This document shows, in pieces, positions 46,309 to 56,699 of a stretch of 64,000 nucleotides of DNA. Positions within the stretch are counted from its first letter, which is position 1. Each line of letters starts with the position of its first letter. The DNA is from Candidatus Zipacnadia bacterium. GTDB lineage: Bacteria > Armatimonadota > Zipacnadia > Zipacnadales > Zipacnadaceae. The stretch lies in NCBI GenBank assembly GCA_029820565.1, contig JALGUR010000001.1:17218-81217 (forward strand), written 5' to 3'. The position numbers were made by a program, and so were the translations under genes. Below the pieces are notes generated by a model. It had not been told where the DNA came from. It did not search any database and saw nothing but the letters and a program-made list of their open reading frames with translations.

Positions 46309-48651
46309 ATGAAACATTTGGTCTGGGCGTTGTTGGTGTTTTCCTTCAGCGTGGGATTGAGGCCGGTGGCTGCGGTCGTGGAGATTGACTGCACCTACTA
46401 CCATGTAGATATTGGCGGCCAATATGAGTGGACCGAGGCGGCCGCAGGATTGGCTGATTTTGCCAAGACCGACCGCCGGGCCGGACTGCTGAAGGTCTAC
46501 GTCCACAATGATAGTGCAACACCGGTGCCGGTCGAGGGAGTGGCGCTGAATGGCGTGCCCCTGGCTGACCTGCGTGAGAATGACCGCCACGAGGTCATCT
46601 GGTGGCGGACCTGGCCCAGTCCGGTACCGGCGGGAGGTTATGCCGAGGTGACGGTGCGGCTGCGCTATCCGCTGGAATCTGATGGTGTGCTGACCTTGCA
46701 AGCCGGCGACCAAACCCTGGAGGCAACGGTCCCATCCCAACCACCACCGTTCAGGATTGAGACAATTGGCTGGACAGATAGGGAGCGGCAGGTCACCATC
46801 GTCGCCCAACAGATTCGACCGGAACCGACGCACATTGAGAAGGTACTCCTGGATGGAGTGGATGTCACCGACAGAGCAGCCGTCCTGGCCCCGGATTTCT
46901 TTCACGGGATCTGCCCGATTATTCTGAAGCTGGAGCAGCCGTTGGAGGTGGGCTCGTTTCACACCTACAAACTGGTAGCGGCGGATGGACAGACGGTCGC
47001 CTGCACCCTGCGAACGCTGGACGAGTTCATGCGGTTGGGCATGTACGGGGCTACCAACCTGGAAGAAGACGTAAAAGTCGGCATCAATGAGGCCACGCAT
47101 TTTGGACCGCAGGGGTGTAGAACACTGGACGAATACGCCCTCTACGGCCTGCGTAGTGCTTTTCACATCGGCGAGACGCCGCCATCCGAGGTCCGGGGCC
47201 ATCCGGCAGTGTACGCCTACCTGCTGAAGGATGAGCCGGACGGCTGGGACTATGGCGCCGAGGAATGGCCGATGGACATGCGTATCGGCTACCACGGGCC
47301 CGACATTGTACGGTGTACCCAGCAGTGTGTAGAGGCTGACCCCGTCAAGCCGGTAATGGTCACAGTAGACCTAACCTTCAAGCCGGCCAATTACTATGTG
47401 TACAGTCAGATCCCCGACATCGTGGCGAGCGACTGCTACCCTCTGACCATAGGCAAGCCGCTGGCCTGGGTGCGGGAAACCATTGAGGCTTGCCGCAAGG
47501 CAGCCGGGCCGCGGCGGGTGGCGAGCATACCTCAGGTGAATTGGGAAGACCGGGGACCAGAGATGAAGTACAAGCGTCCGCCCTTTCCCCGCGAGGTGTG
47601 GATTCAGTATCTATACGCTTTGGGGGCTGGCGCCCGTGGGTTCAGCGGCTATGAGTATTATACGGAGGCGAACCACCATGGTGCCAGGGAGTACCCAGAG
47701 ATTATGAACGCGATCGGGGAGACGTTCCGCCGATTTCAACTGGTAGCACCCCTGATTCTTCAGGCTCATCCTACTGACATTGCAACCTGCGGCGACGAAA
47801 ACGTATGGCTGAAGACACTGGTGTGCGGACGTGATGCGCTGTTGCTGGTTGTAGTGAGCAATGACTACGAGTCGCTGCCGGAGGATTTCGTCCATCAGCC
47901 CAAGCAGCAAGTAGAAATTCGGTTGCCTACCATCCCATGGCTAAGACCGGCCCAGGTTAGCCAAGTTGACGATGGTGCATTTTCAAGCTTGCCCTTGAAG
48001 GTTAGCGACGAGGGAACCAGAATCGTTCTGTCCGAACTGGACACGGGCCAGGTCATTTTGGTGGCCGGCGAGCCGGGCCTCCCTGCTCAGCTTCTGGGCC
48101 GCTATCGGCGCTACCAAACGAAGACTGGCCTGGCCATTCAGCGTGCTTATCAACACAACCAAAGGCAAACCGCTGAAGCCGAGACGCTGGAGCGCTACAT
48201 TGTGGGACGCTATGCCCAATGTGCCGTATCTGGACCCACACCGCTAAATGCTTACGGCATAGAGACATCCCATTTCTGGAACCCCACCGACACCAAGTAC
48301 AACGGTATTGAGTGGTGGACTGAAGCGACGCCACGGGGCGGCGAGTGGAAGGTTACCATCTCGGAGGAGCAGGCTGGTGTCGAACACACTGTCTATTTCC
48401 AGATGGCCAACTGGTGGAGTGGAGGCTATCTGCGCGTCGAGGTCGCCGCGGCTGACGGCTCCCTCGTACTGGCCGCAGATCGCCCCATCTGGCAGGGGCC
48501 TATCCCCTACTTCAAGGTTACTTTTCTGGCTGCGAGTGATTACACGATCCGTATTCTGCACGCCGGTGAAGGCAAGCCCGGCGGGCGGCTGTCAGAGTCA
48601 ATTTTCGTAGTCCCGCAGACTGCTGGACCGCTGCCGAGTAGCGGCTGGTAA
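46309..48651 (+). CDS. secreted uncharacterised hydrolase-like protein (distant third paralog)
   Basis: 780 aa with a signal peptide. HPAVYAYLLKDEPD, SDCYPL and YALGAGARGF segments align by eye with the DEP / D-x-YP / G-A-x-G segments of ORFs 15178.. and 21913.. Confidence 0.55.
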   Translation: MKHLVWALLVFSFSVGLRPVAAVVEIDCTYYHVDIGGQYEWTEAAAGLADFAKTDRRAGLLKVYVHNDSATPVPVEGVALNGVPLADLRENDRHEVIWWRTWPSPVPAGGYAEVTVRLRYPLESDGVLTLQAGDQTLEATVPSQPPPFRIETIGWTDRERQVTIVAQQIRPEPTHIEKVLLDGVDVTDRAAVLAPDFFHGICPIILKLEQPLEVGSFHTYKLVAADGQTVACTLRTLDEFMRLGMYGATNLEEDVKVGINEATHFGPQGCRTLDEYALYGLRSAFHIGETPPSEVRGHPAVYAYLLKDEPDGWDYGAEEWPMDMRIGYHGPDIVRCTQQCVEADPVKPVMVTVDLTFKPANYYVYSQIPDIVASDCYPLTIGKPLAWVRETIEACRKAAGPRRVASIPQVNWEDRGPEMKYKRPPFPREVWIQYLYALGAGARGFSGYEYYTEANHHGAREYPEIMNAIGETFRRFQLVAPLILQAHPTDIATCGDENVWLKTLVCGRDALLLVVVSNDYESLPEDFVHQPKQQVEIRLPTIPWLRPAQVSQVDDGAFSSLPLKVSDEGTRIVLSELDTGQVILVAGEPGLPAQLLGRYRRYQTKTGLAIQRAYQHNQRQTAEAETLERYIVGRYAQCAVSGPTPLNAYGIETSHFWNPTDTKYNGIEWWTEATPRGGEWKVTISEEQAGVEHTVYFQMANWWSGGYLRVEVAAADGSLVLAADRPIWQGPIPYFKVTFLAASDYTIRILHAGEGKPGGRLSESIFVVPQTAGPLPSSGW

Positions 48652-48669
48652 CGATTCCGGCGCACAATA

Positions 48670-51111
48670 TCATGGTATCTGGCCAGATGCCACCTGCTGA
48701 AGCACCTGGTGCAACTGCCGGGCAGTCTGTGACCAAGTGTATTTCTCCAGTACCCGTTGGCGGCCTTGCTGGGCCAAGGCCTGGGCCTCGCCTGGATTTT
48801 CAACCAATTGCTGTATCTTCTCGGCGAGGTCAGTCGGATCACCTTCACGGAAAATTAGTCCGCCACCAGTATCCTCTATGAGATCGGGAATGTGCCCGGA
48901 GTCGGAGCCAATTACCGGGACCCTACAGCCCAGGGCTTCAATCAACACCCGCCCGAACTGTTCTTTCCAGCGAGCCGTGGTCCGCGAGGGCAACACCAAC
49001 ATATCCAGCGCATTCATATACTCGGGAATCTGGTGATGGGGAATATGTCCGGTAACCGCCAGCCGATTTGGACCTAAGAATTCCCGCCCTGTCTGCTCCA
49101 GCCGTTTGCGTAGCCGACCTTCGCCCACCAAGAGTAGACTCAAGTCAAGATTGTGTTCTTTACGAGCAATCTTAACGGCTTCTACCAAATCCATAACGCC
49201 CTTTTCCGTGGCCAGGCGCCCAACATATCCAACGACCGGGCCAGCCAATCCCAGCCGCTTCCGCTGGCGACGGGCGGCCTCGGGGGCCGGACAGAAGGCC
49301 TCAGGGTCTATTCCATGCGCCAGCACGGTAACTGGTCCCTGATAACCTTGACGGCGCACAACCGCCTTGCCTTCTTCACTAATTGCCAGAATATGATCGG
49401 CTTGCCCTAATACCCATTTATAAGTCCACTGCAGAGGGAGCGGATAATTACGCACCAGATTCTCTTTGGTGGAAATTATAAACTTGCAGCCTAACCGCTT
49501 GGCCAGATAGGCACCTTGGGCTCCTGCTACACTGTACGGTTCTTCATCCACATATAATATGTCGGGAGCGAAGTCTTTCAGCGTACGGTGTAATCGGCAG
49601 CGATACCAATGCAGGTGAATTTGACCCGGCAGCCATACGGGCAAAGTCACCATAGCGTCGTCCAGCTCGGGCAGCACCGAAGTAGTGATCCGGCCACTAA
49701 GCGAAGCCCACCAGTGGCAGGGAGTGACTAACTTCAGTTCTACGTCGTCATATCGCGTCAGTTCCACGTATAACTGCTGATTCATACTCACAACACAAGA
49801 ATGACTGACGGCCGCTACTTTAGTTACTTGCCCCGCAGTCGGTGACCGCGAAGTTTGGTAAGGTTGGAAGGTTCTTACCCCTCTATATCCCCCCGCAAGC
49901 GGGGGGATACAGGGGGGGAAATTGGTTACCCGCTTTTTGTCCGGCTCAGGCAATTCAGAGAGAAATATCTGCTCTATCTGCTCAGCCTGCCGATCCCAGG
50001 ACAGTGCCAGTGACGTTTGGTGCGCCGCCTGGCCCATGCGCTGACGAAATTGCGGATCAGCCGCTAAGATGTCTAACTTCTCGGCTATTACCGCCGGATC
50101 ACAGTTGACCAAGAAGCCGCTGACGCCGTCTTCTACCAGTTCGTCGGCCCCCCCCACCGGCCCGAGGACCAAAGGCACGCCGCTGGCCGCGGCTTCTATT
50201 ATCACCAGTGGAAAACCCTCTACCTCGGCTCGGCTAGGGAAGGCGAAGCAATCCGCGGCCCCATAGTACTTCACTATCTCCTTCGTGGGCGGCACGAAAA
50301 CTACGCGGGATCTCACTTCATTGTGAGCAGCTATCTTCGCGAACAGTTTGGTATCGCCTTCGCCAACAACTATTAGTCGGCCCTGGCTGCTATTCATCAA
50401 TCTCAGAGCCTCTATCAAAAAGGGCAGCCCTTTGTCGAACCACCGACCCCCGACAAACAGGATGACAAAGTCATCATCAGACAACCCAAGCTGCTGACGG
50501 ACGGTTTGCCGAAACTCCGCCGCTAGGCCGGGATGGAAATTGCAGTGGTCAACACCGTTAGCTACTGTGAATACCTGCGAAGGCTTAAGCCCATGCTGAG
50601 CAACCATGTAATCGGCCAGAACCTGCGAAACAGCCATAACTCGTCCTCGGCAACGTCGTACCGCCCGACTTTCCATCCATCCAGCCCAGGACTCACGCAG
50701 AGATAGTAGCCATCGCCTCAATGTGGAGGCACTTTGGTATGGCGACGTAACCTCTCGTAACGCCTTAGCACGCAGAGCGTGACAGATATGAACGAGGACG
50801 AAATTCTGAACTAAGCAGTTGCCGCCTTGGGAGAGCACCACATCATATTTGCGGGGCCTGACCACTAACGAGGACAGGATCACAATCCATATTGCCTGCA
50901 TTGTATTGGAACGCCAAGGGCACCAAAGCCGGCGAATCCTGACCTTATCCGTAGGGATGTCACCGGCGGAAAAACAGAACAGGTCAATCTGGTGGCGGCG
51001 AGATAGACGAGTGATCAGTTCGGCTATAACCCGTTCCTGGCCACCACGGCGGTGGACGTGCTCAATAATAATGGCAATCTTCAGTGATCGCTTGGCCATT
51101 ATCCCACTCAC
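48670..51111 (-). CDS. fused double GT4-family glycosyltransferase
   Basis: 813-aa single ORF. The N-terminal GT4 unit carries FPSRAEVEGFPLVIIEAAASGVPLV. The second GT4 unit starts at KVAAVSHSCVV and carries VLPSR...EQFGRVLIEALGCRVPVI. The linker is encoded by hairpin-repeat DNA. Confidence 0.7.
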   Translation of the reverse strand: MSGIMAKRSLKIAIIIEHVHRRGGQERVIAELITRLSRRHQIDLFCFSAGDIPTDKVRIRRLWCPWRSNTMQAIWIVILSSLVVRPRKYDVVLSQGGNCLVQNFVLVHICHALRAKALREVTSPYQSASTLRRWLLSLRESWAGWMESRAVRRCRGRVMAVSQVLADYMVAQHGLKPSQVFTVANGVDHCNFHPGLAAEFRQTVRQQLGLSDDDFVILFVGGRWFDKGLPFLIEALRLMNSSQGRLIVVGEGDTKLFAKIAAHNEVRSRVVFVPPTKEIVKYYGAADCFAFPSRAEVEGFPLVIIEAAASGVPLVLGPVGGADELVEDGVSGFLVNCDPAVIAEKLDILAADPQFRQRMGQAAHQTSLALSWDRQAEQIEQIFLSELPEPDKKRVTNFPPCIPPLAGGYRGVRTFQPYQTSRSPTAGQVTKVAAVSHSCVVSMNQQLYVELTRYDDVELKLVTPCHWWASLSGRITTSVLPELDDAMVTLPVWLPGQIHLHWYRCRLHRTLKDFAPDILYVDEEPYSVAGAQGAYLAKRLGCKFIISTKENLVRNYPLPLQWTYKWVLGQADHILAISEEGKAVVRRQGYQGPVTVLAHGIDPEAFCPAPEAARRQRKRLGLAGPVVGYVGRLATEKGVMDLVEAVKIARKEHNLDLSLLLVGEGRLRKRLEQTGREFLGPNRLAVTGHIPHHQIPEYMNALDMLVLPSRTTARWKEQFGRVLIEALGCRVPVIGSDSGHIPDLIEDTGGGLIFREGDPTDLAEKIQQLVENPGEAQALAQQGRQRVLEKYTWSQTARQLHQVLQQVASGQIP
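49857..49909. repeat. hairpin/palindrome pair inside the GT4-GT4 linker
   Basis: GGTAAG-11 nt-CTTACC (49857-49879) and the perfect palindrome TATCCCCCCGC-AA-GCGGGGGGATA (49886-49909), both in-frame within the ORF. Confidence 0.8.
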
Positions 51112-52604
51112 CAGCCGGGCCCCTGCCTGTCGGTGACAGCCTGCTCAGAACCTATCGCTGAGGCCGCCATGGCCGGCATTGCCACCTCTTCAGCCTCGAT
51201 CTGAGGCACTCTGAGGGCCACCGCATAAACCAGCCAGAAAAGCGGGCCACTGGGAACCAAGTATAAAGCGCTGCCCACAGCCAGGCGTGTCACCGTGGAA
51301 ACGGCTACGCCAATACAGGCTGCTGCCAGCGAGCGACCGGCGAAGGTCCGAGCCTGAAAATAGGAACTTGCCGTCCCCTTCACCGCTACGTACAACAGCC
51401 AGACAAACAAGATGGCTCCCGGGAAGCCTAATTCCTTGAGTGCCCGGCCGTACTCACTTTCCACCATTCCCCCGGCGCCGCGGCCAATCCATAAGGGCTG
51501 CTCTACTACCTCTCTACCCCGGCCCACTCCCACACCCGTGGCCACCCCAACCCCAAGCGGACGCTGCATTGCTAACTTTAGCCCTGATCTGAAGGGACCT
51601 ATGGCTCGACGAATAGCGATGGAGTAGTTAACCATCTGGGGATTATAGCGACGCTCAAAAGCACCGCCAGCAAAGCTATTCAAAATGCTGATGGCACCTA
51701 TACCTATCACTATCGCGGCAAACATGAATTGGGGGCGACGCACCAGTACCAGCAAGGCCAGTCCTCCGACCATCAGACCCAGCAAGGGCGCCCGACTACC
51801 GCTGGTAGCCATCGCCACTATGCAGACCGCGGCAGTACCCACAAATAGTACCTTTAGCCACTGTTTTCCTCTGACAAAAGCAACTCCTCCCACACATAAG
51901 ATGGCGGTCAGTGACATAGCGCTGCCAAAAGTGCCGGGATGAACCAGCGTGGAGGTGGCCCTTACTCCCTTTTCCCACTCGAATCTTTCATGATAACTAA
52001 AACCAGGACTTAGCGCATGGAGGTGCCCAAAACCTATGTTATACTGGACTATACCATAAACACCGGTAGCCAAAGCAATGACCATTACCGCAACCAGCAA
52101 ACGCTCGAGGCGCTGGCGCGTAGTCAAATACTCGTAGCTCAACACGAAGACAGGTATCCAAATAACCCAAGAACGAAAGCCAGCCAGAGCCACCAGCATA
52201 CTGGCTGTTTCGGTGTTGAACATCTCTACCGCGCAGTAGATAATGAACAGAAAAGCCGGCAGCACCAAGGGCAGGCGTAATGACTCCCAACGCTCCGAAT
52301 TCAGTCCGACCCATACCCAACGCAACAGTCCAATTAGCAGCAGCAAATCCTTGGCCAATAGGCTGACCGGGCCGGGCGCTAGGCCCTTAGCCAAACCGTC
52401 GGTAAAACAAACTGCCAGCAGGGCTATAGTCGCTACCTCCAGCGAACAGATCGCACCGATGGCCACTGCCCCACCGGCGACAAGCAGACCGGCATGAGCA
52501 AATCTGCCTTGAGTACACAGCATGGACAAACCCAAGGCAATGGTCAAGCCCAGTGCGCCAGCCATTATCACTACTGCTGTTTGCGAGATTTTGCTTCTGC
52601 GCAT
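51108..52604 (-). CDS. O-antigen ligase/polymerase-like polytopic membrane protein
   Basis: 498 aa with about 12 TM helices. ATGA overlap with the GT4-GT4 gene, within a glycosyltransferase cluster. Confidence 0.55.
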   Translation of the reverse strand: MRRSKISQTAVVIMAGALGLTIALGLSMLCTQGRFAHAGLLVAGGAVAIGAICSLEVATIALLAVCFTDGLAKGLAPGPVSLLAKDLLLLIGLLRWVWVGLNSERWESLRLPLVLPAFLFIIYCAVEMFNTETASMLVALAGFRSWVIWIPVFVLSYEYLTTRQRLERLLVAVMVIALATGVYGIVQYNIGFGHLHALSPGFSYHERFEWEKGVRATSTLVHPGTFGSAMSLTAILCVGGVAFVRGKQWLKVLFVGTAAVCIVAMATSGSRAPLLGLMVGGLALLVLVRRPQFMFAAIVIGIGAISILNSFAGGAFERRYNPQMVNYSIAIRRAIGPFRSGLKLAMQRPLGVGVATGVGVGRGREVVEQPLWIGRGAGGMVESEYGRALKELGFPGAILFVWLLYVAVKGTASSYFQARTFAGRSLAAACIGVAVSTVTRLAVGSALYLVPSGPLFWLVYAVALRVPQIEAEEVAMPAMAASAIGSEQAVTDRQGPGW

Positions 52605-52658
52605 CGTCGCTCTTGGGGGCCTCAGATGTTTGGTACCTATGCCTGCTACCGCTGTCGG

Positions 52659-53645
52659 TTAGGCGAACTCCGAGGTCTCCGGGTTGTCGTGGCGATCCAC
52701 CCGCCACCTCCAGTACGTATACAATCCCGCCAGTTTACCTCTGGTCGCTGCCCAGAACTGTCGCGTTGCTGCCCACGGGCCCCTCGGCAGGACCATCAGA
52801 TATTTCAAGAGTCCATAGCGAGTCCCCATACCTACACTTAGGGCATAGAGGAAGAAACATATTTGATAGATTGGCGACATATACTTTAGCATACAGTATA
52901 CCCAATTATGACTATCGGAGTAAACCAGGCTGGGATCTGTGACCTTTCGCGTAGATTCACCAAAACGCTCAGCCGGATAGTGATCTACTACTATCCGCGG
53001 GTCGTAGATTAACTTGCCCCCCTGTTGCCGCACCCATAATGACATCTCGGTATCGTTTAGACAACTTGACCCGCCCGCGAGGTTCTCATCAAATTCGCGC
53101 AGCATAGTCCGCCGAAAACTCATATTAGCGCCCTTGAGATGGTCCACTTCTTGCGCGGCGCCCTCAAATTCACAGTGATGATTGCCAATAATCCGTCCCC
53201 ACCAGGTAATCCGGCCCACCACAGTTGCCGACACCGCGTATACCTGGTTGCCATAGTGGATGACGTCGTGCCCTCCTACGCCGCCAACGGCTTCATCGGC
53301 ATAGTAGGCCGCCAATCTTTCCAACCAATCAGGGCGCGGCACACAGTCATCGTCTGTGAAGCACACTATATCGCCACTGGCCACTTGCAGTCCCCGGTTC
53401 ATAGCCGCTATCTGGCCCGGCCGGGAGACTACAGCCATCCTCACGGCTACGGTCGGCTGATTATCATCAAGCCACTGCTGTAATTCCCGCTGGCTTTTCC
53501 TATCAACGTCGCGCAGCACTACTACTATCTCATCAGGCGGCCGACTGCCAGCCAGCAATCCCTGTAGACAACGCAATAAGTCCTGAGGTCGCCGGTAACT
53601 GGGCACCAACACTGTAAAAGTCAGTTTCCTGGGCAAGTGGGGCAT
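52659..53645 (-). CDS. GT2-family glycosyltransferase
   Basis: FTVLVPSYRRPQDL N-terminus and FTDDDCVPRPDWL (DxD region). Confidence 0.8.
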   Translation of the reverse strand: MPHLPRKLTFTVLVPSYRRPQDLLRCLQGLLAGSRPPDEIVVVLRDVDRKSQRELQQWLDDNQPTVAVRMAVVSRPGQIAAMNRGLQVASGDIVCFTDDDCVPRPDWLERLAAYYADEAVGGVGGHDVIHYGNQVYAVSATVVGRITWWGRIIGNHHCEFEGAAQEVDHLKGANMSFRRTMLREFDENLAGGSSCLNDTEMSLWVRQQGGKLIYDPRIVVDHYPAERFGESTRKVTDPSLVYSDSHNWVYCMLKYMSPIYQICFFLYALSVGMGTRYGLLKYLMVLPRGPWAATRQFWAATRGKLAGLYTYWRWRVDRHDNPETSEFA

Positions 53646-53665
53646 GATTTCTTAAGCGGCCGTCG

Positions 53666-56515
53666 CTAATTGAGAATCCGTCTCAGATATTGTCCGGTAT
53701 ATGAAGCCGAGCAGTTGGCCACTTCCTCGGGAGTACCTGTGGCTACCACATCTCCACCATGCTCGCCACCTTCCGGACCTAAGTCAATGATGTAGTCAGC
53801 GTTCTTAACTACGTCCAGGTTATGCTCAATTATGATCACTGTATTGCCGGCCTCGACCAAGCGCTGCAATACGGCCAGTAGTTTCTCAATATCAGCGAAG
53901 TGCAGACCAGTAGTAGGTTCATCTAATAAGTATACGGTCTCACCAGTGCCGACTTTAGCCAGTTCCCGGGCTAATTTGACTCGTTGGGCCTCGCCGCCCG
54001 ATAGAGTGGTAGCGGCCTGGCCGAGTTTGATGTAGTCCAATCCTACATCACATAATGTATCCAAGATGCGGGCAATGGGGCGCACATTCTGAAAGTGCTC
54101 CAGAGCCTCGGCGACAGTCAATGCCAAGATATCGGCAATATTTTTGCCTTTGTAGCGAATTTCCAGAGTCTCACGATTATAACGGCTGCCGCCACATTCG
54201 TCACACTGAACGTAGACATCAGGCAGAAAGTGCATCGCCACCCGCTTCACACCTTGGCCCTTGCAGGCTTCGCAGCGTCCACCGGCCACGTTAAAACTGA
54301 ACCGCCCCGCCTGGTAGCCCCGCAGCCGCGCCTGGGGAACATTAGCATACAACTCACGGATGGGCCCAAAGGCCCGCACATAGGTGGCAGGATTGGACCG
54401 CGGCGTGCGCCCGATCGGCTTTTGGTCTATGGACACTACCTTGTCCACCATTTCAATCCCTTCCACTTTCTGATGAGTGCCTGGAAGTTGGGATGAATCG
54501 TACAGATGTCGCCGTAGCGTCCGATACAGAATGTCATCCACCAAGGTACTCTTGCCTGATCCGGAAACTCCGGTTACACAGATCAGTAGCCCCAGGGGGA
54601 AGCTAATGGTTATGTTTTTTAGATTGTGCTGTCGGGCACCCATAACCCGTAAGTACCTGTCCGAAGGTTCCCGCCGGTGGTCGGGCACAGGCACTTGGCG
54701 AACCCCACTGAGATACTGACCGGTTAAAGAGTCAGGATTACTCTGCAACGACTCCACTGAACCGGCGTGAATTATCTCTCCCCCGGCTATCCCCGCGCCG
54801 GGACCGAACTCAACAACATAGTCGGCACCGCGAATAGTCGCTGGATCATGCTCGACCACTAACACAGTGTTGCCCAGGTCTCGCAGCCGCAATAAAACTT
54901 CTAATAGTCGGCTCTGGTCGCGAGGATGCAAACCAATAGTAGGTTCATCCAGAATGTACAATATTCCAGCTAACCCAGCGCCTATCTGAGTAGCCAAGCG
55001 AATGCGCTGCGCTTCACCTCCCGCCAAAGTAGGGGCAGAGCGGTTCAGGGTCAAGTAGTTTAGGCCTACTTGTTGCATAAAGTGTAGTCGGCTGCGAATC
55101 CCAGTCAACAGCTCTGCGGCGATAGCCGCGTCACTGCCTTCAAAGGAGAGTTCAGCAAAGAACTGGTCCGCTTCTTCTACATTCATTGCTGTAATCTCGG
55201 CGATGCTCTTGTTGCCGATCTTCACTGATCTGCTTTCGGGGCGCAACCGGTCCCCGTGGCATACAGGACAAGGTTGGGGAGCGAAAAATCGCCCAGCGCC
55301 TTGCTCATATCCGCGCACACAGTTTTGCGCCCCTCGACCGCCAGAGCCTGTAGTAACCCGCGATCCATGGCGTCGCCAGGCGGACACCAGGCCCTCGTAT
55401 TCCTTGGTATAGGTAAACTCATGTCCACTCTGGGTTACATAGCAAAAAGTTATCTGCTCCCCGTTGGAACCCAAGAGAATTACATCTTGTACTTCGGCCG
55501 GTAGTTCCCTCCACGGAGTGTGCAGGTTAAACTGGTAGTGCTCGGCCAGTCCCTCCAGAGCGTGGCGCACATGGCGGGTAGTTATGTCGCCGATTATCTC
55601 TACGGCCCCGTCAAGAATGGACTTGTTAGGGTCAACCACCAACAGTTCGGGGTCCATTGCTGTCACCATGCCCAGGCCCTGGCATTCCGGACACATCCCT
55701 GCCGGACTATTGAAAGAGAACATCGACGGAGTAAGTTCCGGGTAGACGATGTCACAGTGGGGACAGGCAAAACGGCTGGAAAAGATGCGCTCTACGCCGT
55801 CTTCTCGCTGGGCAATCATTATTCCCCTGCCCTCGGCCAAGGCCGTCTCTACTGATTCCGCCAGCCGGGCGCGACCCGTATTCTCTATTACTACGCGGTC
55901 AATAACCAACTCAATTGCGTGGGAGATGGTTTCGTCTACTTCAATATGTTCAGCCAGGTCACGCACCTGGCCATCCACTCGCACCCGGGCAAAGCCCCGC
56001 CCGCGAGCTCTCTTGAAAATATCCTGGTAACCATTTGCTCGGCTAAAATCCACTGGGGCTAATAACTGCACCCGTGCCTGGTTCCAGCCCAGCAGTTTGT
56101 CCACAATCTGTTGGGGGGTATACGCACTGATGGGCTGCCCACATTTATAGCAGTAGGGTTGTCCAACTTTGGCAAACAATACGCGCAAATAGTCATATAT
56201 ATCCGTCAAGGTTCCTACAGTGGAGCGAGGATTACTACTCGCCGATTTCTGGTCAATAGCGATGGCGGGAGATAATCCATCAATATGATCTACCTGAGGA
56301 CGGGTTATCTCCCCCAGAAATTGACGGGCGCCCGCCGAGAGCGACTCGACATAGCGGCGTTGGCCCTCGGCATAGATTGTGTCAAGAGCCAGTGAAGACT
56401 TGCCCGAACCGCTCACGCCGCAGAAGACAATAAGGCGCTGGCGCGGCAATTCCAGATCCAAGTCCTTCAGGTTATGCTCGCGGGCGCCGAATATTTGTAT
56501 TAGGTCTTCAGACAT
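53666..56515 (-). CDS. uvrA: excinuclease ABC subunit A
   Basis: 949 aa. GVSGSGKSSLA and GVSGSGKSTL Walker A motifs, LSGGEAQR signatures and zinc-finger Cys clusters. Confidence 0.95.
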   Translation of the reverse strand: MSEDLIQIFGAREHNLKDLDLELPRQRLIVFCGVSGSGKSSLALDTIYAEGQRRYVESLSAGARQFLGEITRPQVDHIDGLSPAIAIDQKSASSNPRSTVGTLTDIYDYLRVLFAKVGQPYCYKCGQPISAYTPQQIVDKLLGWNQARVQLLAPVDFSRANGYQDIFKRARGRGFARVRVDGQVRDLAEHIEVDETISHAIELVIDRVVIENTGRARLAESVETALAEGRGIMIAQREDGVERIFSSRFACPHCDIVYPELTPSMFSFNSPAGMCPECQGLGMVTAMDPELLVVDPNKSILDGAVEIIGDITTRHVRHALEGLAEHYQFNLHTPWRELPAEVQDVILLGSNGEQITFCYVTQSGHEFTYTKEYEGLVSAWRRHGSRVTTGSGGRGAQNCVRGYEQGAGRFFAPQPCPVCHGDRLRPESRSVKIGNKSIAEITAMNVEEADQFFAELSFEGSDAAIAAELLTGIRSRLHFMQQVGLNYLTLNRSAPTLAGGEAQRIRLATQIGAGLAGILYILDEPTIGLHPRDQSRLLEVLLRLRDLGNTVLVVEHDPATIRGADYVVEFGPGAGIAGGEIIHAGSVESLQSNPDSLTGQYLSGVRQVPVPDHRREPSDRYLRVMGARQHNLKNITISFPLGLLICVTGVSGSGKSTLVDDILYRTLRRHLYDSSQLPGTHQKVEGIEMVDKVVSIDQKPIGRTPRSNPATYVRAFGPIRELYANVPQARLRGYQAGRFSFNVAGGRCEACKGQGVKRVAMHFLPDVYVQCDECGGSRYNRETLEIRYKGKNIADILALTVAEALEHFQNVRPIARILDTLCDVGLDYIKLGQAATTLSGGEAQRVKLARELAKVGTGETVYLLDEPTTGLHFADIEKLLAVLQRLVEAGNTVIIIEHNLDVVKNADYIIDLGPEGGEHGGDVVATGTPEEVANCSASYTGQYLRRILN

Positions 56516-56643
56516 TTAGATCCCTTGCCATCCACTGATTTAAGCCACCCCCCAAGTGGCGACGACTAAACAGGGGTAACTTTTTAGTATATCATTGCGG
56601 TCAGAAGCCGTCAAGGTACTGTCGCTTTTCTTCTGCCTATGCC

Positions 56644-56672
56644 TTTACAAATGCAGCCCAATGTGTTATAAT
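56644..56672 (+). promoter_or_regulatory. sigma70-type promoter for tRNA-Met
   Basis: TTTACA, 17 nt spacer, TGtTATAAT (extended -10). Lies about 27 nt upstream of the tRNA 5' end. Confidence 0.65.
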
Positions 56673-56699
56673 GATACAAGTTAGTAGTTAGCACAATGG

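Noticed and set aside
46267-47295. 342-aa minus-strand ORF
   Set aside because: It is antisense to the signal-peptide-bearing 780-aa gene. It has no RBS and an Arg/Gln-rich low-information sequence, so it is a shadow ORF.
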